Positions 48,017 through 58,600 of a stretch of 64,000 nt of DNA are shown here, in pieces. Made by a program: the position numbers and the translations under genes. How positions within the stretch are numbered: position 1 is the stretch's first letter; each line of letters opens with the position of its first letter. This DNA comes from Longimicrobiales bacterium (GTDB lineage Bacteria > Gemmatimonadota > Gemmatimonadetes > Longimicrobiales > Gaopeijiaceae), in contig OZ242008.1 of assembly GCA_965204735.1 (NCBI GenBank), positions 2,720,001 to 2,784,000 of the forward strand. Direction: 5' to 3'. A model generated the notes under the pieces. It made no database searches and had not been told where the DNA came from. It was given only the letters and a program-made list of their open reading frames with translations.

Positions 48017-48884
48017 ACCCTGCTACCGCGTCTGGTAGACGAACATACGACGGCGCGATAAGCAGTTCTTCCTTCCGATTCCTCCTCTGCAGACTGTACT
48101 GAAACTGCTTCCGACCACGCACCATCTCCCCGTAAAGATTGCTGACAAAGCTACAATCGTCGTAAGACATTATCCATTTGAGAACCCGCTGCCGTTTTAC
48201 GTAGCGTGCCAGCCTTTGGTGATCACATCTTTGATAGGAACTGAAGTACAACCGACGTCCGTGAGTGTAGTATGGGGGGTCCAGATACACAAACATCGAT
48301 TCCCGTGGGCCCCCTCGTGGAAGATTGTCTGACAGAAACCTCAAAGCATCATCGTTCGAAAGAACGATTCTGTCCCTGTGCTTCTCCAGCCACCGTATGC
48401 GTTCCACGAGTCCCTGCTTGTTAAACCGTGCCCCAATCTTCCATTTCCCCTTCTGTCTGTTTCCGCCAATGGGTGCGGAACCGGCAATGATGCCAGATCG
48501 GCTGCACCGGTTCAAGAAAAACGTTGCAAATCCCAATTCGAACGACCTCTCCAACCTGTGCGCCTCATCCCTCCATACAGCCCTCTGCTTGTTCCATTCT
48601 TCGGGAGTCACGTCAACCTCGCGAATGGCCTTCCTAAATTCCTTAGGATGGTCACATGCCGCACGCCAAAAGGCATAGACGCAAGGATCGTAGTCATTCA
48701 AGTGAACCCGCGACACCACCCCGTCCCGGAGAAGTCCCAAAGCCGCACCTGCACCACCAGCAAATGGTTCCCAATACGGACGTCCTGTTACTCCATTCAT
48801 CTCAATTGTCTCCCGTAGCAACCCCACCATAGTCGCCTTGCCACCCGGATAACGAAGGGGGCTTGTCGGCCCTGTCGCCGTCAA
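48003..48884 (-). CDS. DNA adenine methyltransferase (Dam/D12 class)
   Basis: SPLRYPGGK, EPFAGGAG, LNDYD, FFLNRCSRSG, catalytic YLDPPYY, WIMSYDD. Start uncertain (TTG 48884). Confidence 0.93.
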   Translation of the reverse strand: MTATGPTSPLRYPGGKATMVGLLRETIEMNGVTGRPYWEPFAGGAGAALGLLRDGVVSRVHLNDYDPCVYAFWRAACDHPKEFRKAIREVDVTPEEWNKQRAVWRDEAHRLERSFELGFATFFLNRCSRSGIIAGSAPIGGNRQKGKWKIGARFNKQGLVERIRWLEKHRDRIVLSNDDALRFLSDNLPRGGPRESMFVYLDPPYYTHGRRLYFSSYQRCDHQRLARYVKRQRVLKWIMSYDDCSFVSNLYGEMVRGRKQFQYSLQRRNRKEELLIAPSYVRLPDAVAGCQAG

Positions 48885-48901
48885 CGTCGATTCCGGACCC
48901 G

Positions 48902-50002
48902 TCACAGACTGTTGCAATAGTCCTGTTTCGCCATGTCGCCCGGCTCCGTCGCCGCGACACCCGGACGATCTACCGGTTCGGTCATTGTGACCACATCTCG
49001 ATGATATCGGGCGATCCACCGACCAGCTTCAATCATGAATTCATATCCCTCAATCTGTCTATTTTCCCTAATATGCGCTGCCTCCGCCGCTCTGATGGTC
49101 ATTCGCGTTCGATGCAATACATTTCCCGCCACTCGTACCGTGTCAATAAACGTGTTCTTGTCCATCACAAAGGGTACAACCATGTATGCAGTGAACTCAG
49201 TAACCGGTTCTGGCAAGTACCAACGTTTCCGAAACACCCTAATGTGCCCGCTGATCGACTTCCCCCTATAGTTCCGGCCCGTCGCAACCTGTGCCGCCAC
49301 CATGGGAAAACCTGGCAGGCCGTCCTTGTGTCGTCGGGCTGCAAACACATCGACCTGGTCGTCTTTGGGCCGTGCCGGAGCACCCGGCTGCATCTGCACA
49401 GCTCCATCGCCGATCTCTTGCCATATCTCTTTTAATTTCTGAAGAAACCCCGATCCATCTGGGCGCGGGAATCCGAAAGACCAGGCATCACCTCCTATGT
49501 CGGCTGCTACCGCAGCAGTTGCAAAGTACTGAAAGAACTGTCTCAGCTCGCGGACCTGCTGCTCGTTCGGGTGAAGATCGGATCCGTTTAGTATCGGCGA
49601 TACCGCCCTGAGGTTGGACAGCAAGAGGCTGAGCACGTAGGCAGTTCTGCCGATCGTCTCATATTCGTCTGCACCTGACCGCCTACGATACTTCAGGACA
49701 TTGCTGCCCGGGTCGACGCTAAACGGATACAGGTTGTTCAGTAGATCCCTTCGCTGGATGAGACAGTGCGCCACACCGAGAGTCAGCTCCTCGAGGTGTG
49801 GGTTATCATCATCACCCTCTAATTCGTCTGCTATGTAACGGTAGTCATCGGATGCCCCAATGGATGCCTCATTTGCGATTACCGACATGGACGCGGTCGA
49901 GCTGGCCGATGAGAACGCCGCCAGTTCCATGAAGTCGGCAGCGAGTTCGTAGTTCCTCGGGTTGCCGACGATTTCGTCGATCGGAAAATACAGCGGTATC
50001 AC
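48902..50002 (-). CDS. Hypothetical protein, putative PD-(D/E)XK restriction-endonuclease-like
   Basis: FFQYFA helix, FGFPRPD, KDDQVDVFA...AAQVATG resembles a D..D/QxK-type nuclease core; overlaps the upstream gene stop by 4 nt. Confidence 0.6.
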   Translation of the reverse strand: MIPLYFPIDEIVGNPRNYELAADFMELAAFSSASSTASMSVIANEASIGASDDYRYIADELEGDDDNPHLEELTLGVAHCLIQRRDLLNNLYPFSVDPGSNVLKYRRRSGADEYETIGRTAYVLSLLLSNLRAVSPILNGSDLHPNEQQVRELRQFFQYFATAAVAADIGGDAWSFGFPRPDGSGFLQKLKEIWQEIGDGAVQMQPGAPARPKDDQVDVFAARRHKDGLPGFPMVAAQVATGRNYRGKSISGHIRVFRKRWYLPEPVTEFTAYMVVPFVMDKNTFIDTVRVAGNVLHRTRMTIRAAEAAHIRENRQIEGYEFMIEAGRWIARYHRDVVTMTEPVDRPGVAATEPGDMAKQDYCNSL

Positions 50003-51096
50003 TTCGATGTCGCTTTCCGATACTTGTGTCGCATACTGAGATGGACACTGTTGGCTGTTTCACTAATGTCCTCAGCCACGTTTACCAGCGATTCGCTCTG
50101 TCCGTCGTAGGCCCGCAGCGACCCCGCCGCATCGCGAATACTGTCACGGGCCTTGAAGAGCGAGCCTCTGAACCTCGTGTCTACGGATTCAGTGGCAGCG
50201 TGTGCCGAATCAAGATCTTTCTTGATGCGCAGAGTGAGTATCGCCTCTTCGTTGGCCAGAACCTCGCCAAGGCGCTTAATGTCTGGATTCTGCACGCGTA
50301 CAACAGGTTGGACGCCGTCACTGCTGGAACCGTATATCCACCTCAAGACCTCGTGCAGTTGGGTGACGCGGTCCATGGGCACAGGGTTGGGCGTTGGATC
50401 ATACATTGTCCAGGATGCTCGGATATCCAGAAAACTCATGTACTGAGCACGAGCCAGGGCAGTGTACAAGTGTGAGAAATTAAACTTGGGAGCAGCAATG
50501 TCCTGTATGTCGAAGTCGGCTTGTTCCAAGACATATATTGCAAATACCATGCGTTTGATTGTGTCATGCCTGTCGCCAATCGCTCGGGCGATTTTCGTGA
50601 GCGGAATTCCCGACTTATGCCAGTCAGCTGCAAACTTTGCCTTTGCATAGGCGTTCCACTTGGCCGGACCATTGATGTGCTTGAAGCCAATAAACGTGCG
50701 CGCATCAGCCCGGCTGGGCACCTCGTATACAGAAACATGGGTAAGGGTTGAAGCTACCGGAGCGGCGTCGGGTACTTGAATCTCTACGCCCTCCCGGTGA
50801 CGCACACGTTGTGCGAGCTTCGGATCGGTAAGCAGGCGAAGTGTCGCAAGTCTTCTGTTGCCCTCCAAGACGACCAAGGCGTCGGCGTCGGCGGCTGTTA
50901 CAACTAGTGGCTCAATGTCAAGATAGCCATTGGTAGAAATGGACTCCAGTAGCTCATCTAGCTCGGCGGTGAGATACAAGCGTGCTATGAGAGCTTCTTC
51001 GGAGTCTCCACCGGCTTGGGCCATTAGGCGGGGATTCTCGCGGTCAAGCCTGAGCTTGGTGATTGGGACTCTGCGGACTGGACTGGTGGACGCCAT
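49999..51096 (-). CDS. ParB/Srx-like N-terminal domain protein
   Basis: LRLDRENPRL, LLESISTNGY..IEPLVV, VLEGNRRLATLRLL, then HINGPAKW and an HTH-like LTKIARAIG. Confidence 0.8.
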   Translation of the reverse strand: MASTSPVRRVPITKLRLDRENPRLMAQAGGDSEEALIARLYLTAELDELLESISTNGYLDIEPLVVTAADADALVVLEGNRRLATLRLLTDPKLAQRVRHREGVEIQVPDAAPVASTLTHVSVYEVPSRADARTFIGFKHINGPAKWNAYAKAKFAADWHKSGIPLTKIARAIGDRHDTIKRMVFAIYVLEQADFDIQDIAAPKFNFSHLYTALARAQYMSFLDIRASWTMYDPTPNPVPMDRVTQLHEVLRWIYGSSSDGVQPVVRVQNPDIKRLGEVLANEEAILTLRIKKDLDSAHAATESVDTRFRGSLFKARDSIRDAAGSLRAYDGQSESLVNVAEDISETANSVHLSMRHKYRKATSK

Positions 51097-51203
51097 CGGA
51101 TCCCTTGGCCGCTTGCTGGTGTGCGGGCAACTTCAGGAGGAAGGTCGCGCATCTAGCTGCCGATGTCAACCCACCACGGGGCGTCGCAGAGACGCGGAGT
51201 CGG

Positions 51204-51234
51204 TTAGGTTTAGGTTAGGTTAGGTTAGGTCAGG
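51204..51234 (+). repeat. (TTAGG)n simple repeat: 5 copies plus one TCAGG variant
   Basis: TTAGG-T-TTAGG-TTAGG-TTAGG-TTAGG-TCAGG. Confidence 0.95.
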
Positions 51235-51430
51235 GGAACGATTGGCAACTGGTTGTTCGCAGGCGGCCCGAAGTTCCACAAGATCGAGGTCGTCGCAAGT
51301 CTTTGGGGCGGTACGCGGTGGCCAGCATGGAGTTCCTCGTGCGGGCGGACGCCGAATACGGCAAGGACGAACTTCATGAATTTGCCGAGGGGATCGAAGT
51401 GGTCGTGCATGGGAAGCGGCCGGCCTGCGC
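51235..51430 (+). pseudogene. Possible frameshifted gene remnant of unknown family
   Basis: Two successive frames with coding-like G/C third positions (WLFAGGPKFHKIEVVAS then YAVASMEFLVRADAEYGKDELHEFAEGIEVVVHG); no convincing start. Confidence 0.3.
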
Positions 51431-51488
51431 GCCGAGGTCGACGACAAGGAAGGAAAGCTTGTGCTGCGGATGTGGGCAGGCGCGCTCC

Positions 51489-52650
51489 TTAGTCGAAGAC
51501 GATCCTGCCGAGGAGTCCGGCGCGTCGTTCCGCGGGTCGGGAGCCGTCGGCGATCTGCTCGCCGAAGAAGTCCATCATCATGCGGAGGCCGATCTCCTCG
51601 TCGGCGGCATCGCCCCCCAGCGTTGCCCACTGGGCGCCCACGTTCAAGCGGTAGCCGGCCGTGCCCTCCCGACTCCAGCGGCCGAACGGCTTGATCTGGC
51701 TGCCGCCGGGCAACAGCACGCCGTAGCCCACTTCCATCGCCAAGCGGTCCGGCGCCCAGCCCTGCCCGGTCGGGACGGTCGGGAAGCCGAGGGCGGTCGG
51801 GGAGCGGTTCGCCGTCGCATCGCCGTGGCTCGCGAGGTCGCCGTCGCCGGGCGCATCGCCGGCCGGCGTCGCCGGACCGGTCGCGCCCAGGGCCGGCACG
51901 CCGGCGTTCCGCCACACGTCGCCGCCGCCCTGCCACAGCGTCTGCGCGCCGCCGGAGGCGTTCCCCCACGACGGCTCCAGCGAGAACGACAGGCCGCTTG
52001 CCTCGCGTCCGGGCTGCAGGCGCAGCGCGACGCCGGCGCCCCACTCCTTGAAGTTCTGGTCCTGGTGGATCAGCAGCATCCGGCCACGGGCGTCCAGGCT
52101 CAGGCCGCTGCCCGTGTGCGTGAAGCCCAGCTCGGCGCCCGCTTCGGCCCCCATCCCCGTCTCCGCGTCGCCCCGGTCGTAGCGACCGCCCACCTCGATG
52201 CGCGTCCGCATGGCGACGCTGCCGCCGGACCATTGTCCGCCCAGCTCGGGAGCCAGCCGCACCCGCTGCGCGTCGGCCGTCACGGCAGCCACATGTCCGT
52301 TCGACGCGTCCGTCGTCATGCGCACGGCGAAGGCGTCGGCCTTCAGCGCCAAGCCGCCCACCAGCCGCTGGCGCACGCCCAGCGCGCCCATCCGCATGTC
52401 CAGGTCGGCGTCGTAGGTGGGACCCTGCTCGCCCACGTTGGCGGCGCCCCGGCCTGCGCCGGCCAAGCCCCAGATGCCGAAGCCGCCCTGGGACGACCAG
52501 CTCGCGTAGGGGTAGAGGCTGTTCAGGTGGGCCTTCGTCTTGCCCACGCCGTTGATCCCGCTCTCGTAGTTCGCCGCCATGTCGCTGCGCGAGCCGGCCA
52601 GGCCCATCAGGAAGCCCGAGCCGAAGCGGTAGTCCAGGCCCAGGTAGCCG
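51489..52650 (-). CDS. Autotransporter beta-barrel, out of frame with the upstream adhesin
   Basis: GYLGLDYRF, SLYPYASW, WGLAGAGRG, ALKADAF, GGRYDRGDAETGMGAEAGA, LSFSLEPSWG; amphipathic strands ending GRIVFD. Confidence 0.85.
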
Positions 52651-55600
52651 AGCGGGTGCGGCCGTCCATGGCGAAGTCGTCTTCGGGGCGGCCCTCGAAC
52701 TCGCTCACGTTGGCCTGGCCCCACAGCGTCCAGCCGGCCTGGGAGGCCGTCTGCGCCGGGGATGCGCCGGGCACGCCGGCGTCGGCGCCGTCACCCTCCG
52801 CGACGGCGGCGCCTTGCCCGTCGGGCGAGCCGCCGCCGAAGGAGAGCTGGAACGAACTCCGGGAGCGGAGGTCGCGGCCGGTCAGCGGGCTGAACGCGAC
52901 GCCGCCGCGCTCGCGCTCGGCGGGCAGCGCGTCCTCTTCCCGTTGGCCCTGGTACGAGCCGCCCATGCCGAACGAGCCGTGCGGAGCACCGCCCATGCCG
53001 GCTGCGCCGTCGCCGAAGAGGATCGCCGCCAAGTCCAGCGTCCCGCCCGGGATGCCGCCGAGTCCCGAACCGGCGGCGCCCGGGTGGGTGATCTGGAGCC
53101 CCAGCAGGCCCGTTGCATCCCGCACCAGCGACTCGAGGCCGCAGCGGCCGCCCGAGACGCCCCCGCCCAAGCCCGGGCCGCCTTCGTCCGGGCCGGCGTG
53201 AGCCGACTCGCCATGGCCTTGGTCCGCACCGCCTTGGCCCGCGGCCGCGCCGCCGTCCTCAAACGCGCGGGACGAGGCCGTGCCGCTGGACATGCCGCCC
53301 GAGCCACGGCCCCCGCCGAACGCGAGGCAGCTCAGCGAACGGCCGCCCAGCTGCATATGCGAACGGCCCAAGGAGCCCGACGACTCCAGACCCAACCGAC
53401 CGCCGATCGCGTCCACCGTCTCCGTGCCCAGCGACCGTCCGAACGCCGCCAGCGTCAGCTTCAACGCCCGCGCACGATCCGAACGCGACGCCGCCACCGT
53501 CACGCTCGCCTCCTGCGTCGCCGTCAAGCCGCCCGCGTCCGTCGCCGTCACCGTCACTACCGCCGCGCCGATCTCCCGCGGCGCCACAGACAGCCGTCCC
53601 ACGCCCGACACCGACGCGGCCGCCACGTCCGGCGACGACGACACCACCACGTAGATCAGCGCGTCACCGTCCGGGTCACGGAAGTACTCGCCCAGACCCA
53701 CCTCCCACGGCGCACCCCCCACCTCGAGCACCGGCGGCGACAGCGATCCCACCGCCTCCGGACCCTCGTTCACGTCCAGCAGCGTCACCACGACCGCAGC
53801 CTCCGCCGTCAGTCCGCCCGCGTCCGTGACGCGCACCACCAGCGCGAACTCCTGCGGACCGTCCTCGTAGTCCTCGCCGGCGCCCACGTAGCGCACCTGT
53901 CCGCTCGCGCCGTCCACCTCGAAGCGGCCCGCGTCGCCCTGCGCCAAGCTGTACGTCAGCGCGTCACCGCGGTCCGGGTCCGTCGCCTCGACCCGTCCCA
54001 GCTCCCGAGGCCCGCGCACGTTCTCCGCCAGCTCGAAGGCGTACGCGGAGTCCGCGAACGCCGGGGCCTCGTTCACGTCCAGCAGCACCACCCTCACCTT
54101 CGCCACCGCCGCCAACCCCGCCCGGTCCGTCGCCACGACCTCGAACTCCCAGCCCTCAGGACCGGTCTCCGCGTCCTCGCCAGCGCCCACGTACCGCACC
54201 ACGCCGCTCGACTCGCCCACGTCGAACAACGCCGCGCCCGCGCCGCTCAAGCTGTAGCGCAGCGTGTCGCCCGCGTCCACGTCCGTCGCCTCTACCGTGC
54301 CCAGCTCCACCGGGCCCGCCACGTGCTCCGCCAGCTCCCACTCGTAGCTCGAATCGACGAACACCGGGCCCTCGTTCCGGTCCTCGAGCGTCACCACCAC
54401 ACGCGTCCGCGCTGTCAGACCGCCTCGGTCCGTCGCCGTCACCTCCAGCTCCCAGCTGCCTGGACCCGTCTCCGCGTCCTCGCCTGCGCCCACGTACTGC
54501 ACCGCACCGCTCGTCGCGTTCACCTTGAACCGCTCGGCGTCGCCTGCCGTCAGCGCGTACGACAGCCAGTCGCCGCCGTCCGGGTCCGTCGCCCGTACCG
54601 CGCCCAGCAGCAGCGGACCACGAACGTTCTCCGCCAGATCGAAGGCGTACGCAGAGTCGGCGAACGCTGGTCCTTCGTTCACGTTCGTCAGCGCCACCGC
54701 CACCACCGCCTTGGCACTCGCGCCCGCCAAGTCCGTCGCCGTCACCTCCAGCTCCCACGACTTCGGTCCCGCGCCCTCGTAGTCCTCGCCCGTCCCCACG
54801 TACCGCACCGCGCCCGTCGCGCCGTCCACCTCGAAGCGATCGGCGTCGCCCGCCGCCAGCCGGTACGTCAGCGTGTCCCCATCGTCCAGGTCCACCGCCT
54901 CCGCCACGCCCAGCGCCAGCGGCCCCGCAACGTTCTCCGCCATGTCGAAGGCGTAGCGCTCGGCCGTGAACACCGGCGCGTCGTTCAGGTTCACCAGCCG
55001 CACCGTCACCGTCGCGTCGCCCGTCCGCTCCCCGTCGTCCGCCGTCGCGCGCACGATCATCACGAACTCCGAACGCGCCTCCGCGTCCTCGCCGCTGCCC
55101 ACGTACCGCACCTCGCCGGTGCGCGCGTCCACCTCGAAGAGACCCTCGTCGCCCGCCGCCAGCGAGTACGTCACCTCGCCGCCGAAGGGGTCCGTCGCGC
55201 TCACCGTCCCCACCACCACCGGCCCCGCCTCGTCTTCCGTCAGCTCGAACTCGTACTCCGCGCGATCGAACACCGGGTCCGTTCCCCCGGCCCCGTTCAC
55301 CTGGTGCTCCTCCAGGTTCTCCACCGCGTAGCTGCCCAGGTCCAACACCGCCGCCGTCGTGCCGCCCGCGATCCGCAGCGTGCCCCCTGCCGCCGTCAGC
55401 GCGTCGGCAGCGATGCTGATCCCGTCTTCGTCCCGGTCCGCAGGCTGAACCACGTACTCGAACACCAGCACCGGCGTGCCAGAACCCGACACGTAGCTCG
55501 CGTGGCGCACCGCCGCCCCGATCTCGATCGCCAGGCGCACCGGAGCCGTCGCAGCCGACATGCCCGCCTGCTGCGGCGCCCCCGCCACCTCCACCGGACG

Positions 55601-58600
55601 GCTGAACGTCACCGCCACGCGGATCACGCTCCGGGGACCGTAGAGCCCGCTCGCACTCGGCGTGCTCGTCACCGCCAACCCCACCACCACCGGCGCGACC
55701 TCAACCGTGCCGTCCACCTTGTCGTTCGCGGCCGCCGTGATCGCGTGGCTGCCCAGCGCCAGAGCCGCCGGACGTACCCCGTCTGCCGTGTTCACGATCG
55801 TACCGCCGTTCAGGGTCAGTGCGGCCGCAGCCACGCCCACGCCGTCGGCGTCGGCGTCGACGCCGCCCGCGCCGCTGCCGCCACTGCCCGCGCCCTGCAC
55901 GCGGTACGCGAACGACAGCGTCGCAGTGCCGCTGCCGGCAGCGTAGTTCGCCTGCCGCGTCGCCGCGCCCACCGTCAGCGCCAGCTGCGGCGTGCCCGTC
56001 ACCGTCACCGCTCGGTCGAACGTCACCTGCACCTCGATCCGCTCGCCCAGGCCGTAGGTGTCGCCGCTCTCCGGCGCGCTCGACACCGCAACGCCCGTCA
56101 CCGACGCGCCCGCCAGCGTGCCGGCCACCTTGTGGCCCGCAGCTGCGCTCAACGCATGGCTGCCCAGTCCCAGAGCCGCCGCAGTCGTGCCGTTGCGGGC
56201 GTCGGCGATCGTGCCGCTGTTCAGCGCCAGCGCGCTCGCGCCGATGCTGATCCCGTCGGTGTCGGCGTCCGCCTGCACCACCGTGTAGCGGAACGTCAGC
56301 GTGTGCGTCGCTGTACCGCTCGCGTAGTCCGCCTGCCGCGTCTGCGCGCCCACCGTCAGCGCGACCTGGGGTGTGCCCGTCACGGTCACGCGACGGTTGA
56401 ACGTCACCTGCACCTCGATCTGCTCGTCGCGACCGTACGTCGTCGCCACCGCAGGCGAACTCGTCAACGACACGCCGCTCACCGACGCCGCCGTGAACGT
56501 CCCGCCCGCAACTTTGTGGCCCGAGCTGTTCGTCAGCGCATGGGCGCCCAGCCCCAGGACGGCGTCCACCGTCCCGCCCGCCACGTCGATCGTCCCGCCG
56601 TCGAGCGCCAACGCGCTCGCGCCGATGCTCAACCCGTCCGCGTCGGTGTCCGCAGTCACCACCACGTACCGGAACACCAACGACGCCGTGCCCGTGCCGC
56701 TCGCGTAGCTCGCCTGCTTCGTCACGGTCCCGATCGTCAGTGCCAGCTGCGGCGTGCCCGTCACGTCCACCGCCTTGTTGAACGTCACCGTCGCAACCAC
56801 CGTGTCGCCACGCTCGAAGGTGTCGCCGACCGGCGGCGACGCAATCGTCACGCCGCTCACTCCCGGCGGTCCCTGGTTCCCGTCCACCCTGTGGGCCGCG
56901 TCGTTCGATATCGCGTGGCTGCCCAGCCCCAGGCTCGCAGCCGTCGTGCCGTCGCGGGCGTCGGCAATCGTGCCGCCGTTCAGCCCCAGCGCGCTCGCGC
57001 CCACGCTCAACCCGTTCGCGTCCGCATCCCCAGCCACCACCTCGTACCGGAACGTCAGCTGCTTGCCGGCGGCCACCGAGACGTACGCCGCTTGGCGGGT
57101 CCGGCTCCCGATCGTCAGCGCCAGCTGCGGCGCGCCCGTCACCGTCACGTTGCGGTTGAACGTCACCTCCACCTCGATCTGCTCGCTCAACCCGTACGTG
57201 CTGCCTCCCGCCGGGCTGCTCTGGATCGACACCTCGCTCACCGACGCCGCCGTGAACGTCCCGCCCGCGACTCGGCGCGCGCCGTCGTTGCTGATCGCGT
57301 GGTGCGCCAGGCTCAGCAGGGCGTCCGTCGTGCCGCCTGCCACGTCGATCGTGCCGCCGTTCAGCGCCAGCGCGCTCGCGCCGATGCTCAACCCGTCCGT
57401 GTCCGCGTCCGCCTGCACCACCACGTACCGGAACACCAGCGCCGTCGTCCCCGTCCCCGATGCGTAGCCGGCCTGCCGCGTCTGCGAACCAATCGACAAC
57501 GCCAGCTGCGGCGTCCCCGTCACGTCCACCGCCTTGTTGAACGTCACCGTCGCAACCACCGTGTCGCCGCGCTCGAAGGTGGCGCCCACCGGCGGTGAAG
57601 CCACCGACAGCCCCACCACGCCCGGCGGCCCCAAGCTGCCGTTCACCTTGTGCGACGCCGCGTTCGACACTGCGTTCGCGCCCAGGCCCAGCGCCGCAGC
57701 GGTCGCGCCCGGACGCACGTCGTTGATGGCTCCGCCGTTCAGCGTCAGCGCGCTCGTGCCGATGCTGATCCCGTCCGTGTCCGCGTCCGCCGGACGGACC
57801 GCGTAGCCGAACACCAGCGTGTCCGCCTTGCTCGTCGCCGACGCGTAGTCCGCCTGCCGCGTGACCGTGCCGATCGTCAGCGCCAGTCGCGGCGCGCCCG
57901 TCACCGCCACCGGACGACCGAAAGCCACCTTCACCTCGATCGACTCGCCCAGCTGGTACGTGCTCGCGCTTGCCGGCGTGCTCGACACCGTCACCGCGCT
58001 CACCGCCGGCGTCGTGAACGTCCCGCCCGCCACCTTGTGGCCCGTGCTGTTCGCCACCGCGCTCCCGCCCAGGCCCAAGGTCGCGTCCAATGTTCCGCCC
58101 GCGACCTTGATCGTGCCGCCGTTCAGCGCCAATGCGCTCGCGCCGATGCTCAGCCCGTCGGCGTCCGCATCGCCGCTCGCCACTACGTAGCGGAACACCA
58201 GCGTGTCCGTCCCCGTCCCGCTCGCGTAACTCGCCTGCCGCGGCGCGCTCCCGATTCCCAGGGCCAGCCGCGGCGCGCCCGTCACGTCCACCGACCGGTT
58301 GAAGACCAGCGACACCTCGATCGTCTCGCCCCGCTCGAAGGTGTCGCCGACCGTCGGCGCACTGATCGACAGCCCCGTCACCCCCGGCGGTCCCCGGCTC
58401 CCGTCCACCTTGTGCGCAGCAGCGTTCGCGATCGCGTTGCTCCCCAGTCCCAGGCTCGCCGCCGTCGTGCCGTCGCGCGCGTCGGCGATCGTACCGCCGT
58501 TCAGCGCCAACGCGCTCGCGGCGATGCTCAACCCGTCGCTGTCCGCGTCCGCAGCCTGCACCGTGTAGCCGAACGCCAGCGTCGTCGTGCCGCTCCCGCT

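Larger units (their letters stand above)
48003..51234. mobile_element. Horizontally acquired lower-GC island; no mobility gene visible
   Basis: Abrupt visible rise in A/T relative to the flanks, three co-oriented genes, repeats at both edges. Confidence 0.65.

Noticed and set aside
49999..51096. Chromosome or plasmid partition locus
   Set aside because: No ParA and no parS-like palindrome noticed; the neighbours are a nuclease-like gene and a methylase.
51204..51234. True telomere or eukaryotic contamination
   Set aside because: Only about 30 bp, internal, with bacterial genes on both sides.
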